Positions 23,851 to 38,004 of a DNA stretch of 64,000 nucleotides are shown piece after piece. Positions within the stretch are counted from its first letter, which is position 1. Each line of letters begins with the position of its first letter. The stretch is from Octopus vulgaris (Eukaryota). The translations under genes and the position numbers were made by a program. Location of the stretch: positions 129,270,001 through 129,334,000 of the forward strand of contig OX597818.1 of NCBI GenBank assembly GCA_951406725.2, given 5' to 3'. Under the pieces are notes generated by a model. The model made no database searches and was not told the DNA's origin. It saw only the letters and a program-made list of their open reading frames with translations.

Positions 23851-26000
23851 GTCAATATCACTGTTGTTATTGTTGTTACTAGTGGATATGCGACAAATGA
23901 GTTGCAGGTTAAAAACAAAGCAAAACAAATAGGAAAAAAAAAACACAAACTAAGAAATGTTAAAAGAATAATTATGACACAAAAATGGCATAGAAATGTA
24001 AAAAAGTATTTTTTTAAAAAAATGTAATTTGGAAATTAAATAAAGGTAATTAGAAGGTGAAAATGATAACGAAAAGGGAAATATATAATGAGAAATTAAG
24101 CTTTATCACTTAAGAAATTTTTTCTCTCTTTCCACCTGAACCTTTACAAGACCTTATGATTGATTAGATCAGTAGTATTGGTGGTTGTAATTGTGGTAGA
24201 GAATGTGGTTGGAATGTGTACATGTGTGGGTATAGCAGAGTTGCTTTATTATAATAGGGTTAAATGTGCTGGTAAGATATTGATCAGCAGTATAGGTTCA
24301 AATATTGTGTGTGTGTTTGTCTGCTTGTGTGCATGTGTTTGTGTATATATATTTATGTGCATGTATGTGTGTGTGTCTGTGTGTATATATATATTTATGT
24401 GTATGTGTATGTATATGTGTGTATGTGTGTGTATGTGCATGTATAAGTGTGCATACGTGTATGTGTTAGTATGAGTGATAGGGTTGCTTGCTATATTAGG
24501 GCCAAAAGTACTGGCAAGATAAAGATCAGCAATATTCATGTACTCTCTTCATTCATTCAGCATCCAGTTCTTTTTCTACACGGCATGGGTTTCGATGATG
24601 ATTTACTTCAGGTGTGTGTGTGTGTGTGTGGAAGGTTATATATAGCTGGATGTGTGGAGGGTTATAGCTGGATACTTTTCCTGTCACCAACACTTATCTG
24701 TTTTCTGAGAAAGCGTTAGCTTTATACCACAGGTATTTGAAAGTGCCGGGCAACTGATCAAAATATGGACAAAATGTCAACATTAGCAATGTTTCACTGA
24801 AGAGGTGACAAGTGTGGAATTGATACACATTCAAATGTGTACACATGCATGCACACACACACACACACACACACACGCACGCACTCACATACACACTACC
24901 ATACACAACTACACACACATGTATATTATCCTCATGGTCACCATCATTTTAATGTTCACTTTTCCAGGCTAGCATCGGTTGGACAGAATTTGTTGAGGCA
25001 GATTTTTCTATAGCTGCATGTCCTTCCTATCACCAACTCTCACTTCTTCCAAGTTAGGTAATATTTCCTCATGACCAGACATGCTTTCATGGAAGTTTGA
25101 TTATGAAGGACATTGCTTGCATGACAACGACACTCATTTGCAGCGATCTCGCAATGTCAAGGCAAGAAGATAATTAACAAACACACAAACACACACACGC
25201 ACACACACATGCACACACACATATTCATATACATCTGTGTGTGCGAGTGTGTGTGTGTGTGTGTATGATAGGCTTCTTTAAGTTTCTGTCTACCAAATCC
25301 ATTCAGAAGACCTTGATTGATAATAGAAGACACTTACCAAAGATGTTGTGGAACTATGTGTTAGGGAAGCAAACTCTTTACCTCAAAGCCGCTCCTGTGT
25401 CTGCACATACACACACACACATGCACACACACACACACACACACACACAAACATTGGTTGAAAAACCTTCTTGGATAGAAAATATAAAATGTTTTCTTTA
25501 TTTACCAATATTTCTATGCTACTATTTATAGCTTTATGTGAGCTTTGAGAGCCACTATTCCAAAAAGGAGATATTTTAGGCTCTTTCAAAATTTTCTAAA
25601 TTCTAATGATGTCAATAACTTTATTACTATTATTAAGTTAGTGTAAGGCAGTGAACTGGCAGTATCGTTAGCATGCCAGTCACAATGCCTACTGGCATTT
25701 CGTCCATCTTTACATTTTGGGTTGAAATTCCACCAAGGATGACTTTGCCTTTCATCCTTTCGGGGTCGATAAAATAAGTACTAGTTAAACACTGGGGTTG
25801 ATGTAATTGACTTAGCCCTCCCCAGAAATTGCTGGCCTTGTGCCAAAATGTGAAACCATTATTAAGTTAGTGTTTGGAATTTAAACTAGCATGAAATTTT
25901 GATGGAAGGTTTTAATTTAAATCATTGTAAAACAAAAATGTTTGTACGATAGAACCAAGGACAGTCTCAGGTGGGTTGGTATAAAAAGGGTTGGTATAGA

Positions 26001-26232
26001 AAGACGGCGAGCTGGCAGAAACGTTAGCACGCCGGGCGAAATGCTTAACGGTATTTCGTCTGCGTTACGTTGTGAGTTCAAATTCCGCCGAGGTCGACTT
26101 TACCTTTCATCCTTTTGGGGTCGATAAATTAAGTACCAGTTACGAACTGGGGTCGATGAAATCGACTTAATACCTATGTCTGTCTTTGTTTGTTCCCTCT
26201 GTGTTTAGCCCCTTGTGGGTAGTAAAGAAATA
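26001..26232 (+). mobile_element. Young S2 SINE
   Basis: CpG-intact S2 copy. GGTATAAAAAGGGTT occurs on both sides. Confidence 0.9.
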
Positions 26233-26906
26233 GGTATAAAAAGGGTTAAGCAAGAGGGTTGCAGTTGCACATCGAAGCATAACCCTTTAGCATTCAGATT
26301 ACTTAGGCAAATGTAATGCTTAATATTCATGTTGCTTTTAATTAATCATGCATTATCTTGCAGCTTCAAGACTTCCAAGATGTGAAGATAAGTTTCTAAA
26401 CAAAAATTGTTTAGAAACTGGTCTTTTGGTTTTAAAATAATCGTGTTTTCAAGAATGAATAAAATTTAAGACAGATTTTAATTTTTTTCTGTCAGAGTTA
26501 CAAGGATAGCCTAGTTTGGTGCACAGGAAAATGTTTGAAGGTAACAAGATTATCTACTTTTTAAACCTAACAGATTCTTTACTCTACACAAACATAACAA
26601 AGTTCATGATATTAGTGTTAAAATACATCATTAGTTTTAGTTCAATAAACCCTGTGTAGAAGTCTTAGAAGAAACTCAGAAGTGTTCCTTTCTTTTGAAA
26701 TGAGAAGAGTTGAGTGAGGGCCAAGTGACCATCTTGCAAATAAAAACTGATATGATGCTGGAACTACCTAAGGATGGTCCAATGTGCAGTGAGGATGGTC
26801 TTATATGCTTTAATACATATGACATCACTTTGTGCTTGATATACAGTGACAACCTCAGTTATCTACAACATGGAAAACTTAAGGTTATTCTTAATGAATA
26901 ATTTTA

Positions 26907-27420
26907 GGATACATCACGAAAGAGTAGCCTATGGAAAAATTGTGAAAGGGTTGCTATGCAACATACTGGGAAAGAGAATTTCTGAGATATACTGTTAAAG
27001 AACAGCCCTGTGATAGATTGTGAAAAAGAAGCCACAGGACATTTAGTGAAAGAGCAGTCTTATGACACACTGTAAAAGGGGTGTCCAAAGACATATTGTG
27101 AAACAGAAGTGGTGGGATATATTGTAAAAGAGGATCTGCAGGACACACAGTGAAGAAGCAACCTTAGGACACATTATGAAAGAACAGTTCCAGAACACAC
27201 TGTAAAAGAGTAACTGTGGATCACATTGTGAAAGAGGGTCCGAAGGAAATATTGGGAAAAAATAGCCCTGGGATACATTTTGAAATAGTGGTTCTGGATA
27301 CATTGGCAAAGAGCAGCCAAGGGACACATTGTGAAAGAGGGGTCCTTGAGCATATTGGGAAAGAAGAGCCCCAGTGACATATTGTGAAAGATCAGCCCTC
27401 AAATTCATTGTGAAAATGAG
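26907..27420 (+). repeat. Degenerate ~26-bp minisatellite, ~20 units
   Basis: Recurrent GGACACATTGTGAAAGAGCAGCCCT-like units at ~25-27 bp spacing. Confidence 0.85.
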
Positions 27421-28990
27421 AAAAATATCTCCTAACCAGTTAAAAAAAGTGGAATGAATTGGTTTTGCATAAGAAAGAAAGAGAAAAAAAGAATAAAATT
27501 TAAGGCGGAACCAGTTGTTGGAGTTTGAAGATTTTTTTATTGATTTAGCCAAGAGGAAGTGCTTGAATTTATGGCCATTGAAGGCTCTCTAAAATCTAGA
27601 ATTTTTTCTAATTTTGATGTTTAATATTTATTAATATGTGAAATTATAGAACAAAAAATTGGAACAGGTTAAGCTGTATTTGAAAAACAAAGAGTTATGT
27701 AATGGAAAAGTAAATTCTTGATTGGCATGCCATACTGAAATTAATCTACAGTCTTAACAAAGAGAAAATAAATCTATACATGTGGTGGTAATGCTGGGCT
27801 TTCATACACTGGAAATTATATACATATTATGAAATGCAGATAGAAAAAAAGGGATTTAAACTAACACCAGTAAAGTTTTAAAAAAATACGAAAGTGCCCA
27901 TACTCTGAAATATGCCAATCCATACAAACAGGGCAATGAAAACTAATTGACCACAATAATGTATTGCAAAAAGAAACGAAAGTAATAACCAGTTATAAAG
28001 ATATTGGAAAATAGATAACTAGGCATGGTTGTGAGCTTGAGAAGTTTGCTTCTCACTCAGTATATTGTTCCAATGCATGGCACCTCGGGTGAGTGTCTTC
28101 TACTATAATGCTTAGCTGACAAAAGTCTTGTGAATGGATTTGATAGTTGAAAACTGAAAGATTACATTTATGAATTTGTGTTGCAAGAGAATGGACTAAG
28201 TGGAGCAGGAGGATACACATGGATGGAAAGTGTTGCTGAAGAGGTCAAAGATGGGTGACAAAAGATTGCCATCAATGGACATAAGATAAAATAAGAACAG
28301 TAATAAATGAGTGAAGAATGAATATATAGTATGTGTGTTTATTAGGGGTGGGGGGAACGACCATCCTGAAATATAATAATATGAAAGAAGATTGTTATAT
28401 TTATATATGCAAGGTATGTATGTGAACAAATGTGTCCATGAGTTTGCATAGATCAGTGTTCAGTTGCACAAAAGTTACAAGAGTTGGCATTGTTATCAGT
28501 TCTCCTAGCAAGACACTGGCCATTCATTTCTTCCCTTCGATGCCTTATAGAATAAGAGGTCCTTATTTGAAAAATTGGTATGAATTAGTGTCAGTAAGGG
28601 CATCTGGTTGTAAAACCATGTTTCAGATAACATACTCATACAAACCATGCAAGCGTGGAAAATCTGATGTAAGCAAGCAAGTGAACGAAGAATGTTGGGA
28701 CCGAAGGCAGAAATAATCCATTTCATAAAAAGTGTCTTAGGAATGGTTAAAAAAGATGAAGACAATTATAAAATCGAAAGACAAGTATTTGCAATACACT
28801 AGGAACTCTACAAATAGTATGTAGACTATTTTCGCTACAAGATAAAATACAAAGCTAAAAGAAAATTCTACACATATCCAAGGTGCACTTTAGAAGGCAG
28901 TGAAAACATGCAATAAAAACAAAACCACTGAATAATAATAGTAACAACAGCAACAGCAACAGCAGCAGCTACAACAGCAACAACAACAAC

Positions 28991-29376
28991 AAATGCTTTC
29001 TAATTGATGTATCAGTACCAACAAATGACAATGTTTCTCTAATAGAAATTGAGAAACATTCAAAATACAAAGATCTGGAAATAGAGGTAACTTGAATGTG
29101 GAGCCTAAAACCAGAAACGATTCCTATCATAGTAGGCACATTAGGTATGATATAAAAAAAACATTCAGAGAAATACATAACAAAAGCACCAGGAATTACT
29201 AGTATATATAACATACAGAAAATAGCACTACTAGACACTGCACACATCCTACGTAAAACACTTTTACTACAGTGAAAATAAGAACACCACAATAAACCAC
29301 AGCACATACCCAAGGCACACAGAGCTATGTTCGGTAGTGCAGTGAAAGCACATGATAAAAATAAAAATATGACTAC
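28991..29376 (+). mobile_element. R4/Dong lineage B 3' fragment
   Basis: KCFLIDVSVP..KYKDLEIE..KIALLDTAHILRKTL, then 3' UTR and (TAA)n. Confidence 0.9.
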
Positions 29377-29384
29377 AAAATAAC

Positions 29385-29836
<452 letters not shown>

Positions 29837-30722
29837 CCTACCAGGAATGAGACCAAACCTGAGTCAAACCAAAATTTTATTAATAATAATAATCCTTTCT
29901 ACTGTACATACAAGGCCTGAAATCTGAGGGAGGCATTTAGTGATTATATCAACCCCACTACTTGATTGATACTTATTTTATCAACCCTGAAAGGATGAAA
30001 AGCAAAGTCAAGATTGGTGAAATTTGAACTCAGAATGGAAAGACCAGAGGAAATGCTGCTAAGCATTTTGTCCAACATTTTAACAATTCTGCCAGCTTGC
30101 TGCCTAAATAGTAATAACAACAACAAAAACAACAATAATATTAATGCTAAGTTTTTAAAAATTTTACATCAAGCAAAAATTCATCAAAACAAAACAAAAA
30201 AATCAAATTTAACAAAATTTCATCTTTAAAGAAGCAGGTATTTCGCATCTCCCCAGAAAGTCTGGAATTAAAATCCATATTTCTTTTTGTTTTACCTTGT
30301 TTTTCTTTTTGCCATATAAAATCTGTTTGATTTCAATTGTTATTCGAGGAAAACTTTTAAGACAAATTATACAAAATACCAAACTACCTCCCACCTTATT
30401 GGTCAAAATATAAAAAAATAAGAAAAAATTAAATACAAATAAAAATAAGAAATTCCTTTAAAATTCCCCTACTTCACACTCTTAGCAGGAGTATCCACCT
30501 TTATTTATATTAATTTCACTTAACTTTAGTTTTTTTCTTTCCCTAAAGTACATTAAAAAAAAACAATACTTTTTTTTATATATTTTAATATACTTTTTTT
30601 AATTATATTTTTTTCTTTGTTCTATTACTGCCATTCATACAACATATTTCATTTTTCGTTATTTTTGACATCATTTGTTTCAACTTTCACCACCAGCCCA
30701 CCAAACCGAACAACAACAACAC

Positions 30723-30759
<37 letters not shown>

Positions 30760-31284
30760 TTTTGCTATTATTTTTGTTTTCCTGCTACAAGTCATATTAA
30801 TGATAATTATCAAGTATAAAAAGAAATTCGTATTTTTTTTCCTCAATCCATTTCAAGATTATTTTTACTTTAAAAAAAAAAAAGTATATGTGCGTGTATG
30901 TCTACCTATGTGTATGTGCGTGTATGTATCACCATCATCATCATCATCATCCTTGTGCATTCGTGTGTCTATGCGCACGCACACTTGAGTGTGCGTGCAT
31001 TGTCTTTTAAATACTTTCTTTATGTTTGATGGTTATTTCTCCTGAGAAAGGACAAATGCATGCTTATTCTTGCTAATGAAATGGACACCATTAATTATCA
31101 GTCATTGCACTGCTAATTACAGACCAGTATGAGGAGGGTGGACGGTTATGTTTTATGGTGGTAACAGCGAATAGGTGGGAGGGTGGAGGAAGTTAGGTAC
31201 CAGGGGTGGGGGAAGAGTGGGCTGGAGCGAAGAAGAATATTGTTGTTGTTCAGCCCATGTGTGTGTACGTGTGTGCTTGTGTAA

Positions 31285-31328
<44 letters not shown>

Positions 31329-31388
31329 TTATATCGTTATCTTTTGTTTGTTTCACTTTGGGAGGTATTGTTTTGTTTGCATGTATAT

Positions 31389-31427
<39 letters not shown>

Positions 31428-32116
31428 GTCTGTTTGTAAGGACAATGCCGGGGTTTGATGTAGCTTGCCAACTGATTCCTTCCCTGACATGGTGGTACTT
31501 GACAGGACTGCCAAGTCAAGAAACACACACTTATAAAAAAAAAAAAACAAAAAGAAAAAAAAAACAAAAAGAAAAAAAAAAACTATGAACGTCCAAAAAC
31601 AAATTTTTTTCAACAGATGCTTTCAATTTTAGTTAATTATTAATAATATATTTACAGAAAGAAGACTACAGTAATGAATAACCATTGTGACAATGATGAT
31701 GATAATAATAATAAAAATAATAATAGTAAAATAATAATAATAGTAAAAATGATGATAGCAATTCTAATGTACACACACACACACATGCATATAGATACAG
31801 AATATATACATATACTTATTATATATACATATACTTACTTTCAAATTTTGGCACAAGGCCAGAGAGTTTTGGGGAGGGTTATAGTTGACTACATTGATCC
31901 CAGTGCTCAAATGGTACTTATTTTATCAACCCTGAAAGGATGAAAGGCAAAGTCGACCTCAGCGACAATTGAACCCAGAATGTAAATAGGGACGAAATGC
32001 CACTAAGTATTTTCCCCAGTGTGCTAATAATTCAGTTGCATACTAAGGTTGATCTAATTGATTGGCCCCCTCCCTAAAAAATGTTGGGCCTTGTGCAAAG
32101 AGTAGAAAAGGATCTA

Positions 32117-32147
<31 letters not shown>

Positions 32148-33351
32148 ATATATATTTATTAATGAAAGGGAAATTCTGACTGTCCATCTGGCACCCCTGT
32201 ATCTCAGTCTACATTTACTCTACATAGACATATTATACCTTTTTGGAATCAGGATGATTCTGGGATTGAAAATCTTTCCTTCATTAGGTTCTTGGACATC
32301 CAACTTTAGGATGTTATTTAAAAGCATTTAAGTTGCTATTTCTAGCAGGTAAAGTAACTGTGAGAGGTCTCAATGCCATAGTAGCTCCCTTAGCTTAAAG
32401 TTTTACTAAGGCATTTAGTGATTCTTCTAGCTTTTTCATTCATCAGACTGCAGCCACGCTGGGGCACCACCTTGAAGAATTTTAATTGAACAAATCAACA
32501 CCAGTTCTTTCTTTTTTATTCCTGGTATATATATAAATTAGGGTTAGGGTTACCTATCACTCACGAGTGAGTATGACCTGATTACATAAGTCCTTTTGCT
32601 TTAGGAGCTTGTGTAATCAGAAGCAGATATAGATACCCTCTGAGCCCTGGCCCAGCAGAACATGAAGGTTGTGAGAGGCAGAGGCAGAGAAACCTCTATC
32701 AGCAGTCAGCTGGTTCCCATTTTCAGCTGAGTAGACTGGGAACAATGCTACAACCACTATTAGACGACATGCCTTAACATATAAATATAGGCCTTCATAA
32801 AAAGAAAAAAGAAATGATACCAAAGATATTGTGAAATAAGACTGTTTAGTAAGTTTGATAAGGAGGAAGGGGCTTTGACAAAGGGCTTTGGAAAAGGGCT
32901 TTGGCAATGGGGTTTGGCAAAGGGCTTTGCCTATGACATGTGCAGGCCCTCCAAGATCACTAATGTGGTTGAAGCTCTACTTAAATCAGTTATAAGTCAA
33001 CAATTGCAAGAAAACATGTATAGGGAGGGATTTCTATACAAATGATGTTCTGGGGATGTAAGAATGGAGATAAAATCAGTGGTTAGTGCAGGCTTGAAGA
33101 AGTGCATATAGTGTAAATGATAGGAGGAGAAAAAAACAAAAAAACAAAAAAGCAAAACAAAACAAAATCAAAACACATTTAACTCAGGAGTGTCTAAGCA
33201 GAGGTGGTATGACACCAGCTAGTCTTGAAAAACAGAGGCTACTGTGATAGTGATAGAAAAGCAGAGAGGGATGACGCCATGTGTGTGTGTGGACCAGAGG
33301 TTAGAGCAACTTTGAGCCAATAAGCTGTGAGACCTGCCTCTGAATGATGTT

Positions 33352-33401
<50 letters not shown>

Positions 33402-33409
33402 TGTGTGTG

Positions 33410-33501
33410 TGTGTTTGTAAATGTATGTTAAAAAATTCGAAGGCATTACACAATCAGAAAGGCATACACTCACACACACATCTAAATGCGTGTTTGAGTA
33501 T

Positions 33502-33552
<51 letters not shown>

Positions 33553-33645
33553 TAAATGTATATAAAAAAATTCGAAGACATTACACAATCAGAAAGGCAT
33601 ACACTCACACACACACACATCTAAATGCGTGTTTGAGTATGAGTA
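33410..33645. repeat. Tandem duplication of a ~95-bp unique segment bounded by (GT)n
   Basis: TTTGTAAATGTAT..AAAAAATTCGAAG.CATTACACAATCAGAAAGGCATACACTCAC..TCTAAATGCGTGTTTGAGTATGAGT occurs twice. Confidence 0.9.
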
Positions 33646-33770
33646 TGTGTGTATATATCTGTGTACATGTGTGTATATATAATGATATATGTGCAGGTAT
33701 GTATATATGTGTGTTTGTGCATACATATATATATATATATGTTCGCGTGCATGCATACACACACACACAT

Positions 33771-33831
<61 letters not shown>

Positions 33832-34268
33832 TTCAGATTTACAAACACCAGTCTAATACAAAGAGCGATGAAACAAGGGCAAATAACTGTTCTTGTTCTG
33901 TTTCTCTGTTGTTACAGTGGTATTACCGAATGCTAGGACAATGAGACAAAGATTAATTAGTGGATCTTTTCAGCTAGTGACCAATTAACAATACATGCTA
34001 TTAGTCTCTTTAGATTAACATAAACACACACACACACACATACACACACACACACATGAAAAAACAAGCAAAAAAATAACAAACAAACAGAAAAATGCAG
34101 TGGATGTAATAGTTTCCAAGTAACATTTTTCAGAACATTGTAAGTTGCTACTAAACATTAACGAAAAAAAAATGATAAAATTTAAAACTATTTTCATGAC
34201 TCAAGAACACAATGGCTATCATAATAATGATAATAATAATAATGATAATAATAATAATAATAATAATG

Positions 34269-34329
<61 letters not shown>

Positions 34330-34343
34330 TAATAATAATAAGA

Positions 34344-34505
34344 AGAAAATTGCACTACTAGGCACTGCACACATCCTACGCAGAACACTTTCCATACAAT
34401 AACCATCAGAGCATCACAACAAATCACAGCACATACCCAAGGCACACAGAGCTGCGCTCGGTAGTGAAGTGAAAGCACGCTATAAAAATTAAAATAAAAC
34501 TACTG
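34344..34505 (+). mobile_element. R4/Dong lineage B extreme 3' fragment in (TAA)n
   Basis: KIALLGTAHILRRTLSIQ* plus a 3' UTR matching 11552-11700. Confidence 0.9.
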
Positions 34506-34518
34506 AATAATAATATTG

Positions 34519-34567
<49 letters not shown>

Positions 34568-34599
34568 TAATAATAATAATAATAATAATGATAATAATA

Positions 34600-34688
<89 letters not shown>

Positions 34689-34826
34689 AACGATGATGAT
34701 TTCTTTTATTTGCCAGCAGGGCGATGGATGAGAGGGATGGCACACAGACAGGCATAATGATCAAGAAAAAGGAAAAAAATGAAATATAAGTATATATGGT
34801 ATAGAAGCATTAAAAAATATATATGA

Positions 34827-35343
34827 CTAGCAGTATCGCCCGGCGTTGCTCGGGTTTGTAAGGGAAATAACTATATAAGCATTTTTAGAGAGTTACTTCC
34901 CTTATAGATGCCAATTCGGGCTTTCTTAGCCATTTCTGTTTTGGTGTCTTCAAGCCATGAAGTCGCTGTTCTAAAAGAACGCTGGTCTCCTTGACAATGC
35001 ATTACGACGTTGATTTCCTTAAACTCCCTTCCCCACAGCTTCACGAGGGAGGGAAGAAGGGGGAGAGGCAAACACAGGTGCAGGTGTTTGAGCGTGGACG
35101 GCAACTCCGCCGCCATCGACACACGAAAAATTATGCATTAAAATGGAATAAAAAATGATGTTAAATTATTTTAAAAATCGTAGACTCATCGTAGACGCGC
35201 GCTAATAGCCAGACGGGCTCGATATTAATCACGACTATAAGATACCCGAATTTGGTTAAACTGCACCGCAAAATGTGGGAGGAGTTAGGAATCTAAATCG
35301 TAGGAGACAGACACTCACACAACTACCGTTTTATATATATAGA
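34827..35343 (-). mobile_element. Non-autonomous Helitron
   Basis: Minus strand A|TCTATATATATAAAACGG...CCCGAGCAACGCCGGGCGATACTGCTAG|T: 5' TC, subterminal hairpin, 3' CTAG, A|T target. Confidence 0.85.
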
Positions 35344-35452
35344 TAATGATGATAATGGTGATGGTGATGATGATGATGGTGGTGGTGATGCAATCCTCTT
35401 GATGGAGAAGGATCTCAAAGGCTAGTTGAGAAAGCCCACCATCCAAGATCTG

Positions 35453-35746
35453 TGGCGGCACGTGGCCTAGTGGTTACAGCAGCGGATTCACGGTCGAGGG
35501 ATCACAGGTTCGAATCTCAGACTGGGCGATGTGTGTGTTTATGAGCGAAACACCTAAGCTCCACGCGGCTCCGGCAGAAGGTAATGGTGAACTTCTGCTG
35601 ACTCTTTCACTACTGACTCTTTCCTCCTTCATCTTGCAGCTCACCTGCGACGGACCGGCGTCCCGTCCAGGTGGGGAACCTATACGCCAAGGAAACCGGG
35701 AAATCGGCCCTTATTAGCCAGGCATGGCTTGAGAAGGAACAAACAA
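35453..35746 (+). mobile_element. tRNA-SINE with S3-type head and a different tail
   Basis: TGGCCTAGTGG A-box, GGTTCGAATCTC B-box. CAAGATCT direct repeat on both sides. Confidence 0.85.
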
Positions 35747-35769
35747 CAAGATCTCCCTGGACATCAGCA

Positions 35770-35910
35770 GCAAGTGCCCTCTCCAATTTTTGTTCTCTGA
35801 CTTACAGGTTTATACTTTTGAGTGGTTCCATCCACTTGTGCCATTTTTTTTTCACTTTCATCCACCTTTCAAGAAATTCATATGAGAAGAGCACCTTCCA
35901 CTATACTCTC
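35770..35910 (-). mobile_element. Decayed Tx1-like ORF2 C-terminus
   Basis: KVLFSYEFLERWMKV, similar to 44310-44410. Confidence 0.55.
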
Positions 35911-36129
35911 ACTTTCTTTTTATTTATTAGCCACAAGGGCTTGAAGAGATACAGACAATAACAAAGAAATATTAGACAAGGGACTTGCAAAAACGCGTGT
36001 GGTAGGAAAGGAAAAATTCTTTAAAGACATACAATACCTAATGACACAAATAAATAAAAAAATTAAATATTTACAAGAAATTAAAAACAAGAAATGCAAT
36101 ATAACACAATAATTATAACAAAATATATA

Positions 36130-36570
36130 CACTTTCACTCTTTTACTTGTTTCAGTCATTTGACTATGGCCATGCTGGAGCACTGCCTTTAGTTGAGGAA
36201 ATCGACCCCAAGACTTATTCTTTGTAAGCCTAGTACTTATTCTATTGATCTCTTTTGCTGAACTGCTAAGTTATGGGGACGTAAACACACCAGCCATTGG
36301 CTGTCAAGTGATGGTGGTGGGACAAGCACAGACACACAAACATACATGCACACACACACACATATATATATACATATATACGACGGACTAATTTCAGCTT
36401 CCGTCTACCTAATCCACTCACAAGGCTTTGGTCGGCCTGAGGTTATAGTAGAAGACACTTGCCCGAGGTGCCATGCAGTGGGACTGAACCCGGAACCATG
36501 TGGTTGGTTAGCAAGCTACTTACCACACAACCACTTCTACGCCTATCCACACAGCCACTCCTACACCTAA
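36130..36570 (-). mobile_element. SINE S1, full length
   Basis: S1 head, body and tail. Confidence 0.9.
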
Positions 36571-37803
36571 TATATCTAAAATTTAAACTTCCACTTGTAG
36601 CACATTCATGATTGACCAATTACTGTACTTCCTTTCTCTATTGTCAACTGTTGGAGATTCCAGAACCTTCCTTGAAGAGTTCTTGTGTTGTAGTAGGCAA
36701 GTAAGAGCCTATGTCCTCTAGATTATTGGCATAAAACATTTTGTGATGTATATCCAAGATCTGAGTTAGTATTCGATTTTTTCCCTGCTGTTTAAAAACT
36801 TATCCTGTTTCTATCCTCAAAATAGTGCAGCTAGAAGCTTATTACTAAATACCCAACTTTGAATTTTGAAACAGCAGCATGTAATTTGAGGGGGTTCTGG
36901 CTACTGTTTCTCGTACCCTTGTTGGCATGTGATTACAGGGGGTGGTGGTAATGTTGATGATGATGATGCTAAACTCATTTAGTTCTTCCCTTACAATTAA
37001 AAGCACTTGACATTTTGAAAGACAGAAATAAAATTGCTGCCTCGGAAAATTAACATTGTTAATGTAATTAATTTGCAATGATGACAATGAGTATGATAGT
37101 GATGTTGATGACAGGGATGATGATAATGAAGATGAATAATGATGACGATGATGCGACTAATGATCATGATGTGACTGATGATGATGAAGAAAATGATGAT
37201 GAAGAAAATGATGATGATGGCGATGATGATGATAGTGATGGTAATGATGGTGATGATGATGATGATGATGATGAGGATGATAGTGGCAGTTATTGTCATC
37301 ATTAGCAGAACTGTAATTGCCATTACCATTTGTATGTCTCTTGGTGTAGTGATAGATTTCTTCTTGCCAAACAGAGCTGGCAACAGAGGTTCAATTTCAA
37401 GCAGAACTACTTTCCTTTAATAAATCTATTCACACTACTACAACTACCCAGTTCTACCCCTAAAACCCTGATATTTTATGTCAATGTATATAATCACTAT
37501 CATTATTAAGCATCACATTTATTATTGTTATTACTATTTCTTAAGGTGATGAGCTGGCTGAATCATTAGCACGCATAACAGCATTCTAACTGTCTTAATG
37601 TTCCAAGTTCAAATTCCACTGAGGTTAACTTTACTTTTCATCCTTTTGGAGTTGATGATATAAATATAAGTACCAGTTGAGCACTGGGGTAGATATAATC
37701 GACTAGCACCCTCTCTGATAATTTTAGGCCTTGTGCCTATAGTAGATTATTATAGTAATCTACTATCACTATTGCTCTTTATCCTATCAGGAATAATAAA
37801 ATG

Positions 37804-38004
37804 CAGCACGGATTTTTGCCAGTGAACAGGTCGCAGATTTTAGCGACGAAAATATTTTGACAAATTAAACTTAAATGTTGAAGTGAATCGAACGGCTTTT
37901 GTGTGTTTCTTAAATGGCTTACAAACACCTTCCACGCTGCAATTGTTTTCGTTTCAGCACACGATCTCAGATCAAATTACTTGCTATGCAAGTACATCTC
38001 CGTA
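37804..38004 (+). mobile_element. ~200-bp CpG-rich insertion carrying an HHR-like fold
   Basis: 12-bp direct repeat AATAATAAAATG at 37792-37803 and 38005-38016. Confidence 0.8.
37815..37864 (+). ncRNA. Type-I HHR-like motif with compensatory G3-C8 core
   Basis: TTTGCCA-GTGAACA-G-GTCGC(8 nt)GCGAC-GAAA-ATAT-TT-TGACAAA. Confidence 0.6.

Noticed and set aside
26907-27420. CRISPR-like array
   Set aside because: Eukaryotic context, degenerate repeats, ~10-nt variable parts, no cas genes.
28230-28275. HHR-like CTGAAGA-G-GTCA..TGAC-AAAA
   Set aside because: G12 missing and no stem I pairing; likely chance.
32868-32930. Five 13-bp GGGCTTTGGCAAA-like units (possible G4)
   Set aside because: Ordinary short minisatellite with long loops; no further support.
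37078-37305. Acidic poly-Asp ORF
   Set aside because: Degenerate (GAT)n repeat.
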